Origin: Octopus vulgaris
Taxonomy: Eukaryota
DNA length: 64,000 nucleotides
NCBI GenBank assembly: GCA_951406725.2
Contig: OX597817.1
Span: 156,798,001 to 156,862,000, forward strand
Reading direction: 5' to 3'
Position 1 is the stretch's first letter; each line of letters opens with the position of its first letter. The position numbers were made by a program, and so were the translations under genes. The notes beneath the pieces are model-generated. The model ran no database searches, was not told the DNA's origin, and saw only the letters and a list, made by a program, of their open reading frames with translations. This document shows, piece by piece, positions 52,351 to 64,000 of this stretch.

Positions 52351-53062
52351 TACAAAATTAGAGAATGGAGAAATATACTTAAATCAGTAAAACATCAACT
52401 ATCCGATGATACTCAATCCATACTTTAATACACCATTACATATGAGTAAAGGCAATACATAAAATGAAATGAGTTATACAGTAATAGTAAAAAGATAAAG
52501 AGATATAAGTAAAAATTTTCAAATATAATATGCAAATAAATCAAAACTGACATGTGTGTTTGTGTGTCTGTGAGGACAGTCATACCTCATTTAACCTATA
52601 AGCCATAAAGGCAGGTATAAATGAGGCATTAAGTCCCGGATGTCCCTAAAGGCGGCCTCTTCAGAGAATTAAATTAAATTTGTTATAATAGTGAAAAATA
52701 TTATATTTGTACATTTTTATATTTTGTCCTCCACCACTGCTTGACAACCAGTGTTGGTTTGTTTATATCTTTTTAAATCAGTGGTTTGGCAAAAGAGACT
52801 GATAGGATAAGTACCAGGCTTAAAAAATAAAGTACTGGGGTTGATTTGTTTGACTAAAAGCTCCTCAAGGTGGTGCCCCAGCATGGCCTCAGTCTTAGAC
52901 TGAAATGAGTAAAAGATAGAAGACAAATAAATAAAGCAATGTACTTGTTGAGCAACTTAAATGATATGAAATATATTTGTGTTTCATATAACTTCTGCTA
53001 GGTTTGGTTTCCTCACATTCTATCTGCTCAAAGCTTAGACACAGTGGAAGACATCAAGATAT

Positions 53063-53290
53063 TTAACCCTTTCGTTACTCTATTTATTTTGAGATGCTCT
53101 GTGTTTCTTTCAATTACTTTAAATATCACAAAGGATTTAGTAAAATAACTTAGTTATCATTCAGCTAGTGTTAGGAACATAAATTGTGACTAAGGTTTGC
53201 TGGAAGACTTTAATTCAAAACTTATAAAAAAAAACATTTGTACTACAGAGCCAGAGGTGGTTTCAGCTGAGTTGGTATCGAAAGGGTTAA
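53063..53290. mobile_element. piggyBac-type MITE (partial further copy 53313-53455)
   Basis: TTAA-ccctttcg ... cgaaaggg-TTAA; opposite orientation to 51375. Confidence 0.85.
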
Positions 53291-54459
53291 GAATTGTTTC
53301 TCTATTATATATTTTAACCCTTTTGTTACCATATATATGTTTTGAGATGCTCTGGGTTTCTTTCAATTACATTAAATATAACAAAGGATTTAGTAAAATA
53401 ACTTAGTTTATCATTCAGCTAGTGTTAGGAACATAAATTGTGACTAAGGTTTGGTGTGTGGTTAAGAAGCTTGTTTCCCAGCCATGTAGTATTGTGTTCA
53501 ATCCTATTGTGTGGCACCATGGGTAAGTGTCTTCTGCTATAGCCCTGGGCTGACTGAAGCCTTTTGAGTGAATTTAGTAGACAGAAATTGAAAGAAGCCT
53601 GTCATATATATGTATATATATGTGAGTGTGTGTGTGTGTGGTGTTTGTTGTATGTATGTGTGTGAGTGTGTTGTGTGTGTGTTTGTGTGTTGTATGTGTT
53701 TGTGTGTGTGTTGTGTTGTATGTATGTGTGTGTGTGTGCGTGTGTATTTGAGCATAGCCTTGTCTAGACATCATGTAATGCTTGTAAATGAGTATCATCC
53801 TCATCATCATCAACACAACCACCACCACCACCACCACCATCATCATCATACAAGCAAAGTTATTTATTTCCAGTCTTTTGTGAAAGCATAAGCTAGCTCT
53901 GAGAAAATATTATATCATGATAGGAAACAGGTGAGACTTGGTGACAGGAAGAGCATCCAGCCATAGAAAACCTGTCTCAACCAATTTCATCTGAGCCATG
54001 CAAGCATGGAAAAGTGGACATCAAATAATAATGACAATGATGATGATGATGACAACATATTTCATCCAGCCTTACCATTTGATCTGGTTATTACACATGT
54101 TGATTTGTGTGCAACAGCCTGTTTCACAGCAAACCTATCCATTTAATTGATCCAGGAACATTAGTACTGGCATCTCATTTACTTCGTTAGACACCCTTAA
54201 TTTTATACTATTCTGCTTTTTATGAGAAAAGTAATGATTTCTAGTATTTGCTGAAGACATGAAGAAAAAAAAAAAAAACCTCTTTAAAGGAAGGAGATAT
54301 CATTAAGTGAGTATGTTATTAGTATTTATTTTATTGGCCATTGAGGTTGAAAAATCAAGGAGAACCTCAGTGGTTTGAACCATTAACATTATTTTTATTT
54401 TCAATTAACAGAGTTGAATTGAATTAAGGGCACATAAACTGCATCTGCCTCAACAGCAA

Positions 54460-54590
54460 GAAGAGGAAGAAGGGGAAGGGGAAGGAGAAGAGGAGGGGGA
54501 GGGGAGAAGGAGGAAGATGAAGAAAAAGAATGGGAAGAAGGGGATGAAGAAGAAGGAGAAGAAGGGGATGAAGAAGAAGAGGAAGAAAAA
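54460..54590. repeat. Purine-rich (GAA/GGA) low-complexity tract
   Basis: Direct reading. Confidence 0.85.
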
Positions 54591-54633
54591 CAACAACAAA
54601 AATGGCAACAACAGCATGAGCACTATTTTAAGT

Positions 54634-55021
54634 GGATGGAAGCACTCCGTCGGTTACGACGACGAGGGTTCCGGTTGATCCGAATCAACGGAACAGTGTG
54701 CTCGTGAAATTAACGTGTAAGTGGCTGAGCACTCCACAGACACGTGTACCCTTAACGTAGTTCTCGGGGATATTCAGCGTGACACAGAGAGTGACAAGGC
54801 CGGCCCTTTGAAATACAGGTACAACAGAAACAGGAAGTAAGAGTGAGAGAAAGTTGTGGTGAAAGAGTACAGCAGGGATCACCACCATCCCCTGCCGGAG
54901 CCACGTGGAGCTTTAGGTGTTTTCACTCAATAAACACTCACAACGCCCGGTCTGGGAATCGAAACCGCTATCCTATGACCGCGAGTCCGCTGCCCTAACC
55001 ACTGGGTCATTGCACCTCCAC
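54634..55021 (-). mobile_element. SINE family B, full length
   Basis: TSD actattttaagt at 54622-54633 and 55022-55033. Confidence 0.92.
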
Positions 55022-56254
55022 ACTATTTTAAGTACAGAGCTGTTGTATGTGCTTCCTCAGTGGTTGTCAGTATATCTTTCATAAAGTCAGATCTATTGGA
55101 ATTTTTGTTCTTCTATGCCATGAGTAATCTCTCACTTTTGAAAACTTCCACAACAGCAATGTTGGTACCATTGATACCATAAAACATTGTTGGTGTTCTG
55201 CATGAGAATCTGCTAAGTTACTCACCTAACATATCTCTCTATCCCTCATTTCTTGGATTAGAAGCTTCCTCTCAGAATGCAGCATCTGCCATCAGCGCTT
55301 CCCTTACTGACTTATCTACGAAATCTGATGTACCCCAAAGTTAGATTACATTACCTCAATATTTCCCATTATTTTCATTGGCCTGCTGTGCTTGAGGAGA
55401 CCTATTGTGTCAAGTACATCAACATCAAAATAAAAATCGAATGGATATTGTAGTTGTAATACTCGTACCAGTGGCATGTAGGGCCTCACAGGAAATGACG
55501 AAGACCGAGACCTCAGAGATATGCTGTGACTGTGAAGACCCGACAAACGAAGTGAGTTCACGGCTCACAGGACGGCCTGCTGTGCTAACATTTGGATTGT
55601 AGAGTGACCTGCTGCTCTTGAGGAGACCTATTGAGTCAAGTACGTCAACATCAACATCAAAATAAAAATAAAATGGAAATTGTAGTTAAGATACTCGTGC
55701 CGGTGGCACGTAAAAAGCACTGTCCGAACGTAGCTGATATCAGTGCCACCTGACTGGCTTCTGTGTTGGTGACACATAAAAAGCACCAATCGATCGTGGC
55801 CGTTTGCCAGCCTTCTCTGGCCCCTGTGCCGGTGGCATGTAAAAGGCACCCACTACACTCATGGAGTGGTTGGCGTTAAGAAGGGCACCTAGCTGTAGAA
55901 ACACTGCCAGATCAGACTGGAGCCTGGTGCAGCCTCCTGACTTCCTAGAACCCGGTCGAACCGTTCAACCCATGCTAGCATGGAAAACGGGCGTTAAACG
56001 ATGATGATGATGATGATGAACCTATTTGCTGTCACTTTTAACAACATAAACTCCAACCACTAGTGTGGATAGAGTGTATGCCACCCAGGGCAGTCCTTCT
56101 ATTTGCTGCCCCTGGATCCCACAAAAAACACACCTTGCCTACAACAGACCCAAAAGTGCTGCCCCTTTTAAAAGTGCCACCCAGGGCAGACTGACTTTAC
56201 ACCCCCAGCTATGCTAGTGACTCCAATGCATACAATACAACTTTACACTACCCC

Positions 56255-56472
56255 TTAACCCTTTTGTTACTGTATTTATTTTGAGGTTCTCTGTGTTTCT
56301 TTCAATTACTTTAAATATAACAAAAAATTTAGTAAAATAACTTCAGCTAGTGTTAGGGACATAAATTGTGACTAAGGCTTGGTGGAAGATTTTCATTCAA
56401 AACTTATGAAAACAAGACATTTGTACTCAGAGCCAGAGGTGGTTTCAGCTAGGTTGGTAACAAAAGGGTTAA
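56255..56472. mobile_element. piggyBac-type MITE
   Basis: TTAA-cccttttgttac ... gtaacaaaaggg-TTAA. Confidence 0.85.
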
Positions 56473-57975
56473 AAGAAACTGCCCTGCCTTTGTTTTGATT
56501 TATTTTGAAAGCAATGAAGAATCTAGTTAAATAACTTTGTTATTATAAAGCTGGTGTTTGGGACATAAACCAATGTGAAATTTTGATGGGAGGTTTTAAA
56601 TCAGATCACTTTAAAACAAGAAAGAAGTATCGTAAAAGCAGGGTTGTCTCAGGCAGGTTGGTATCAGATGGGTTAGCCTATAGCTCACATCTGTTATATA
56701 CACACAATCTAAATGCAACTTGCAAAACCTGTGCTACTGGTATGAACAGAGACCCTGAAAATATCCTTTAATGGGAACATAACCGAGTTTTTCTTTGTGT
56801 GTGTGTGGGGGGGGGGGTGTTGTGTGTATGTTTCCCAATAAATGTCAAAGAAACGGTCTTGTATTTTACTTTCTCTGCACACAATACATCGCTAAAATCA
56901 TGGTTATTAACACGTGTTTCCTATAGATACATATGTAAACATATGTAAATATAAGCATATACTTACAATACGTTTTTAACAAATTATACCTTTAAGACAG
57001 AAGTAGCTTATATCGCATGGCTTTTTCAAAATGGTTTACACCACTCATATTTTCCATGGATTGTACCTTCAGGACTAAACAACCACAAAATGCAAGAGGG
57101 TTAAGTTTTATTCTCCAAGCAAAATTTTCACTGAACATTTGCAATCAGTGTGCTAATCTGAACTTGGGTTATTTGTTGTTGTGGTTAGCCCCAGGCCAGG
57201 TCAGATCAGTCAAATCAGTGGTTTTCCAGTTGTGACCATGCTGTCTTTATTTAGACATAACATATTTAAAATTATGAGGAAGTACTGAAACGTTCTTTGC
57301 TTTAAGGGTATTACAAAGGCCTGGTTGGAGGCCAAACCTTCTGAGTTCTATTGCAGGGCTTAGAAAAACTGAAGGACCACTGCAATAAGTGTGTGAATCT
57401 AAGAGGGGAATATGTTGAATAGAATTTTAATTAACTGGCCCTCCTATATTATCTTTTACCCAAAGCCATGAGCTTTATAGCACCCCCTCATACTGTCCCT
57501 CTGCTTCTACTTCTCTCTCTTCTCTTCCCACATGACCGATCGGCCAAGCCTACTCTTTCTTTTTTGGTCTGACTGTTGTCTGTGCAACAGCTATATTCTT
57601 CCCTGTGTTTGTGAAATTTTTGTATCTCTGCTGTAAGGCTTCATTTCCACATGTGCCAGCTTAATTCAATTCATCCTTAGTCGAAAGACACCTGTTGTTA
57701 TGTCCTGTTATTATTTTTATTGTATTTATATTTGTGTAACATTGTCTGTTTTTCCATTCTTGTTTTTGTATACATTCACTGCTTTCTTCCAAGGAATCTA
57801 ATGCTCTTAGCTTAGTTTTTCCTTGGGGCTGGCCAGATTGGAGCAATCTCAAAAATAATCAGCCAAAATTGCGAGGATAATCTGGTGCTTGACTGAAGAA
57901 AGAAAACTTCGAACGACCCATCCTTGTTTTCTTTGTATCATCTATCTGGATGTTTTGCGTTCTTGTCTCATTTTG

Positions 57976-58017
<42 letters not shown>

Positions 58018-60035
58018 GCGTATGTACACTTTGTTCTCTTATATATATATAGTGTGAATTGAAACAATTGTAGGCAATGCTAATTAATTAATAAATCGAT
58101 TTATATTCATTAAATCTCTCTAGTTTCTTATGCACAAAAAACCTGAATCATGAACAATTTAGGAAATTTAAAAAATTCAAATTTAACTCTAAATTTTAGC
58201 TCTAACAGAAAGAGAACTGAAAGAATATTTTAGCTAAAACCTGTGAATAAAACTGCACATTATGATCCATAAAAGTGTCTTAATTGATTCACCATTTGAT
58301 ACTGCCATTAAACTTATATTTTCCACCAATAATCAATAAAATCAAAAGCAACAAAAGATTGTCGATTAAGTATTGTCTGAATTTGTACATATGGATAAGG
58401 CATCTTAATGAGTTTCTGATGATTGCTGCAATGGAAATTATTTTGTGAAAAGGATTTTTTGTTGTTCTTGTTAATGGTCAATAATTGCGTGAGTTTTGGA
58501 AGAGAAGACGATGAAGAAGGTCAATAGAAACAGCTAGAAACAAAAGAAGAATCTAATGTATAGACTATAATGTGATAATCATCAACATTTTTACATTCAT
58601 TTCCCATATTAGGCGTAGGAGTGGCTGTGTGGTAAGTAGCTTGTTTACCAACCACGTTTCCAGGTTCAGTCCCACTGCATGGCACTTTGGGCAAGTATCT
58701 TCTACTATAGCCTCGGGTCGATCAAAGCCTCGTGAGTGGATTTGGTAGTCGAAAACTGAAAGAAGCCTGTCGTATATATGTATATATATATGTGTGTGTA
58801 TATGTTTGTGTGTCTGTGTTTGTTCCCCCAACATCGGTTGACAACCAATGCTGGTGTGTTTACGTCACCGTAACTTAGCAGTTCGGCAAAATAGACCGAT
58901 AGAATAAGTCCTGGGGTCAATTTGCTCAACTAAAGGCAGTGCTCCAGCATGGCCACTGTCAAATGACTGAAACAAGTAAAAGAGTAAAAAGAGAAAGTAT
59001 TAGCATGGACTGGGTAAGTTGTGACAATATAAGTCAATTCTTATGCCATATTATTGTCTTTGCCAGCTGGAGCAGCCCTTGAGGTTGTGGCTTCCTTCAT
59101 AACAGACTTTATTTCAAAATTTTGCCATAAAGGCATAACACAGAGGGAGTAGCTTGCGGGCTGGGCAAAAACATTGATGAGATGAGTGATGAATAAGGAT
59201 GATATTGATGGGAGAAGACAAAAGATGCCCGCCGATTTTTTGCTTCTCTAAAACATTATTCTTTTTTTTTTTTTACACAGTAAAAAATTTGCTTGGTCAG
59301 CAAATAGCAGGTGAATCCGATGAGCAAGAATTCTTAGATTCAGTTTCAAATCTCAGCCAGGAAAATAAAATGTAGTTTCTACATATATATATCATCATCA
59401 TTTTAATGTCTACTTTTCCATGCTTGCATGAGTCAGACGAAATTTTTTGAGGCAAATTTTTCTTCAGCTGGATGCCCTTCCTGTCACCAACCCTCACTTA
59501 TTTTCAACAAGGTAATATTTCCCCATAGCCAGAGACATTCTCGCAGAATAATAGAAATGACTGATACAACTTGTATGACACTGATAATTGTTTGCAACTA
59601 TCACACGATTTCAAAACAAAGAAACACAAATACACACACACACACACAGACACGTACATATATGATGGGCTTCTTTCAGTTACCGTTTACCAAATCTATT
59701 CACAAAGCTTTAGCAGAAAACATCAGACTCAGGGCTATAGCAGAAGATATTAGCCCAAGGTGCTGCACTGTGAGATTGAACCTAGAACCACATGGTTGTG
59801 AAGAAAACGTCTTACCATACAGCCACCCCTCCACCCACACAGCCACGCCTGCGCCTACACAGTTACAACTGTAGTTACACAATTACACCTGTGCCGACAT
59901 ATATCAATCAAAGTATGTAGTACTATAGATCTAGTTCAGTCGATCTTACTGATTGGTATCGCACTGAGTATTAAATATCTGGATATTGGATGACAACATA
60001 GTTTACAAATACCATGTGCTTTTTAGAAATGACAT

Positions 60036-60813
60036 AGGCGCAGGAGTGGCTGTGAGGTAAGTAGCTTGCTTACGAACCACATGGTTCCGGGTTCAGTCCC
60101 ACTGCGTGGCACCTTGGGCAAGTGTCTTCTACTATAGCCTCGGGCTGACCAAAGCCTTGTGAGTGGATTTGATAGACGGAAACTGAAAGAAGCCCATCGT
60201 ATACATGTATATATATATGTATGTGTGAGTATATGCTTGTGTGTTTGTGTTTGACAATTGCTGTTGGTGTGTTTGCGTCCCCGTAACTTAGCGGTTCAGC
60301 AAAAGAGACCGATAGAATAAGTACTAGGTTTACAAAGAATAAGTCCTGGGGTTGATTTGCTCGACTAAAGGTGGTGCTCCAGCATGGCCACAGTCAAATG
60401 ACTGAAACAAGTAAAAGAGTAAAAGGCAGGAGTGGCTGTGTGGTAAGTAGCTTGCTTACCAACCACATGGTTCCGGGTTCAGTCCCACTGCGTGGCATCT
60501 TGGGCAAGTGTCTTCTGCTATAGCCCCGGGCCGACCAATGCCTTGTGAGTGGATTTGGTAGACGGAAACCGAAAGAAGCCTGTCGTATATATGTATGTAT
60601 ATGTTTGTGTGTCTGTGTTTGTCCCTCTAGCATTGCTTGACAACTGATGCTGGTGTGTTTATGTCCCCGTCACTTAGCGGTTCGGCAAAAGAGACCGATA
60701 GAATAAGTACTAGGTTTACAAAGAATAAGTCTTGGGGTCGATTTGCTCGACTAAAGGTGGTGCTCCAGCATGGCCACAGTCAAATGACTGAAACAAGTAA
60801 AAGAGTAAAAGAG
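60036..60813 (+). mobile_element. Head-to-tail dimer of SINE family A
   Basis: Two full copies, 60036-60424 and 60425-60813, joined at the gtaaaag tail. Confidence 0.9.
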
Positions 60814-61102
60814 TATGGAAAAAACATGGTGACTGCTTTCTGCCACTGGAGGTGAAAAATGTCACACCTGGTTTGTAGGTGTTGAAATAAAGATGAAACG
60901 AAGTTGTGATAGGCGAACTGAGCAAGGGCTTTATTAAGAGTTATGTTCTTTGGCCTAAAGTGTCCGAGATGCTGATCGACTGAAATGGATCTAAAACATT
61001 GTATACATTGATTGATATACCCACACTTTATTGACAAATATATGAGTTCCTATCCTTTTCGTATATTTGGCCACAATGATTTATGTTTTTTTTTATATTC
61101 CA

Positions 61103-61481
61103 CTAGCAGTATCACCCGGCGTTGCTCGGGTTTGTAAGGGAAATAACTATAAAGTATTTTTAGAGAGTTATAGCCAAAAAATAGCAAAAAAATGCATTAA
61201 AAATGGGAAAAAAAATGATGGTAAATTTTTTTTTAAATCGTTGACTCATCGTAGACATTTATATAAAAGCGAAAAAATGCATTAAAATGGAAAAAAATGA
61301 TGGTAAATTATTTTTAAAATCATAGACTCATCGTAGACGCACGCTAATACCCAGAAGGACTCGATATGAATCACGACTATAAGATACCTGGTTTTGGTTA
61401 AACTGCACCGCAAAATGTGGTAGTAGTTAGGAATCTAAATCGGAGTAGACAGACACACAACCTTTCTTTTATATATAAAGA
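61103..61481 (-). mobile_element. Non-autonomous Helitron, family H2
   Basis: Homologous to 24876-25263, with TC and CTAG ends. Confidence 0.85.
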
Positions 61482-61962
61482 TTTCAGTAAAAAGCTTGTG
61501 AATTAAGGACTTGTGTTTAATGGTTTAATGATACAGCTGTTTTTAACAATATATATGTAATACAAATATACACCTACAAACATTGGTGTCCTCCTATATT
61601 TATATGAATATATCGTGTGAATACCAAAGTTAAAGACAGCTCAATTTATAAACTACAAAGAAGTAAAAAGCAAGAGACATAGGTAATAAAAAGCAAAAAA
61701 AAAAAAAAGAACGTGAAAAAGCCTGAAGGAAAAGGAACATGTGAAAAAAGAGGTGAGACGTGTGAAAGAAACGTGAAATAAAGGAAGATGATATTTGTAA
61801 AACAAGGATATATGTTGGACATATTTAAATTTGAATTTGTCCTTGACATGACAAGATCGAGAAAAATTTAAAACTGTGGTCTGCAAATATGTAAACAAAC
61901 ACGGAATATAATTTAAACAACTATCTAATTTACTTCATAGTTTCTAGGTTTTATAATGAGTA

Positions 61963-62210
61963 TAGATGGGCTGGACACGTCGCCCGGCTCACCGATAATC
62001 GGTGGACGCACGTAGTTGTCGAGTGGTACCCGCGTGAGCGGAAAAGACCACCCGGAAGACCTCCACGACGATGGAGTGACGATTTCAAGAGGACGATTGG
62101 GATCACGTGGATGAGAAAGGCGCGATCCAGAGAGGAGAGGACAGCGTGCTGTGACCAGCAGTGTCAAATGGACGCCTGACGGACTGGTCGGTCAAAGTGA
62201 TCAAAGTGAT
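61963..62210 (+). mobile_element. RTE-clade LINE 3' end
   Basis: RWAGHVARLTDNRWTHVVVEWYPRERKRPPGRPPRRWSDDF...; tail (caaagtgat)2. Confidence 0.88.
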
Positions 62211-63030
62211 AATGAGCTTTTACACACTGAAATTCAAATATATTTACTTAGGCCTTTGTATTGGACAATATTTAACGTAAACTAAAACCATGGGCGTAGC
62301 CAAGATTACAACTAGTGGTGGTTTTCCTAATTTATTAAGACTTCCTTTTGTACCCCACCAAAACCACCCTTTTTTTTAAATTAATTTTTTTTTACCTACA
62401 CAAATCCCTGTTTTTGGCTTTGGAGAATACGAATCTGCAAAAAAAAATTGGCAAAAATCAGCATATTGAAATTACGCCCCTCCCCTAAATTCTTCATTTA
62501 AAATTTTTTTCAGAATTTTTGTTTTTCAAAATATGCGGAAAAATATGGAGATTATGGATTCTGAAAAAACTTTCTTAAAATTTTTGTAAAGTTTTTTTTT
62601 TCACAATTTTTTTTTTATTAAAATATGCAGAAAAATATGGAGATTCTGAAAAAGAAATTTCCAAAACTTTTTCTACTTAGGGTTAGGGTTACGGAAAAAA
62701 AGCGGAAAATGAAGAAATTGGGGGTGAGAGGAGTAAAGCGGGGTGGAGTGGGGTGGACAAAAAATTTCAAAATTCTGATTTTTGGCAATTTTCCGGAATC
62801 TCCGTATCCGAAAACGTGGGTTTTTGGCAAAAAAATTTTTTTTTAAATAAAAATTTGCAAGAAAATGGGAGGGGGGATAGGAGGAAGTCTTTTCAAATCG
62901 ACCTACCATTAACCGTTTAATTTGTGAAGAAGCACAAAATTAAAATAAATGTTAGATATATTTAGTGAACCTACATTGAGAGGGTTCAAGTGAGCTTTTA
63001 CTCATGCCGCTGGTTTCAGGTGTGACATTA

Positions 63031-63430
63031 TCTCTCTATATATAAACGGCAGTTTGTCTGTCTGTGTGGCTGTCAGGTTGTACCCTCACCCTGACCACGG
63101 CTTTCAACCGATTCTGATGAAACTTCACACACACATAGCCCAATGTCATAATACAAAACTAACGCAGCGAAAATTTTCAAAAGCTCCCCCAGTTCTGAAA
63201 AAAATTGATAAATTTGACATGGGGTCGAGAATCTAAGCTTTTTATATGCAACACATTGTCTGTCGGGAGACAGCTAGGAACATCGTATACATAGAAGTAT
63301 TCGAGTGAAGAGAAGACATTGCAACCTACACATGCGCCTTCGTTCCCTGGAGGGAAAGAACTAGATTGGGATTAGTCGTTGCCTACTAGGGGCTCTTACA
63401 TACCAGGGCAACGCCGGGCGATGCTGCTAG
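63031..63430 (+). mobile_element. Non-autonomous Helitron, family H1
   Basis: Homologous to 30554-31092, with TC and CTAG ends. Confidence 0.85.
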
Positions 63431-64000
63431 TCGGCTACATAAACTAAGATTAATAATCCTTGATTCGTTGAAGTCGAGAGCTAGTGGGACGATATGATGA
63501 ACAGAAGGAAGGATCTCACCTAGAAGTGAACTGAGAAAATATTGTTTTGGTTTTTTTAAAGAAAAAACTAAATGGTGTGGTAGAGGTCAGCATGGACGTC
63601 ACTTCGACTGTTCGAACACCAACTCTTCCTATCCGATAAAGGAGTTTCTGTGCGTTCGCTCGCTTAGCTAGAAGTGGCAACTAAATCTCCCTCGAAATAC
63701 ACACCACCTTGTTTAAATGTGGCAAATTGGTTAATGGTAATTCATGTAATAATTCGTCCAACAAATTTGATGTCCAAGTCAAAATAAGTAAATAAACAAG
63801 TAGATAAATAAATAGCGCAGGAGTGGCTGTGTGGTAAGTAGCTTGTTTACCAACCACATGGTTCCGGGTTCAGTCCCACTGCGTGGCATCTTGGGCACGT
63901 GTCTTCTACTATAGCCTCGGGCCGACCAAAGCCTTGTGAGTGGATTTGGTAGACGGAAACTGAAAGAAGCCCGTTGTATATATGTATACATATATATATG

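Noticed and set aside
51604-53053. 13-bp inverted match tgtcttccactgt/acagtggaagaca inside two oppositely oriented MITEs, suggesting a composite transposon
   Set aside because: Too short and offset on one side; each MITE has its own TTAA pair.
54460-54610. Acidic Glu-rich coding exon
   Set aside because: Low-complexity purine tract without supported splice sites or neighbouring exons.
57880-57925. CTGAAGA...CGAA hammerhead candidate
   Set aside because: GAAA core and stem III are incomplete.

Overview
AT-rich, repeat-dense animal genomic DNA, most likely octopus/cephalopod (inferred from the SINE, Helitron and microsatellite landscape; not database-verified). The only host gene I can support is RPS27A (ubiquitin-40S ribosomal protein S27a, 157 aa) on the minus strand. 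It has a non-coding TOP exon at ~14410-14449 and CDS join(11390-11343, 9771-9717, 9634-9417, 5223-5071). Its introns carry two amplified box C/D snoRNA families: three copies in the last intron with an LSU rRNA guide adjacent to the U18 site, and two intact plus one decayed SNORD58-like copies. The rest is transposon debris: degenerate Ty3/gypsy, CR1- and RTE-like LINEs, mariner/Tc1/DD37D remnants, Helitron pieces, piggyBac- and Mutator-type MITEs and many tRNA-derived SINEs. The most unusual signals are near-perfect palindromic, Penelope-like insertions carrying minimal hammerhead-ribozyme motifs, one with an apparent G3:C8 compensatory swap in the catalytic core. Repeat boundaries were read by eye and are approximate unless a TSD is cited.
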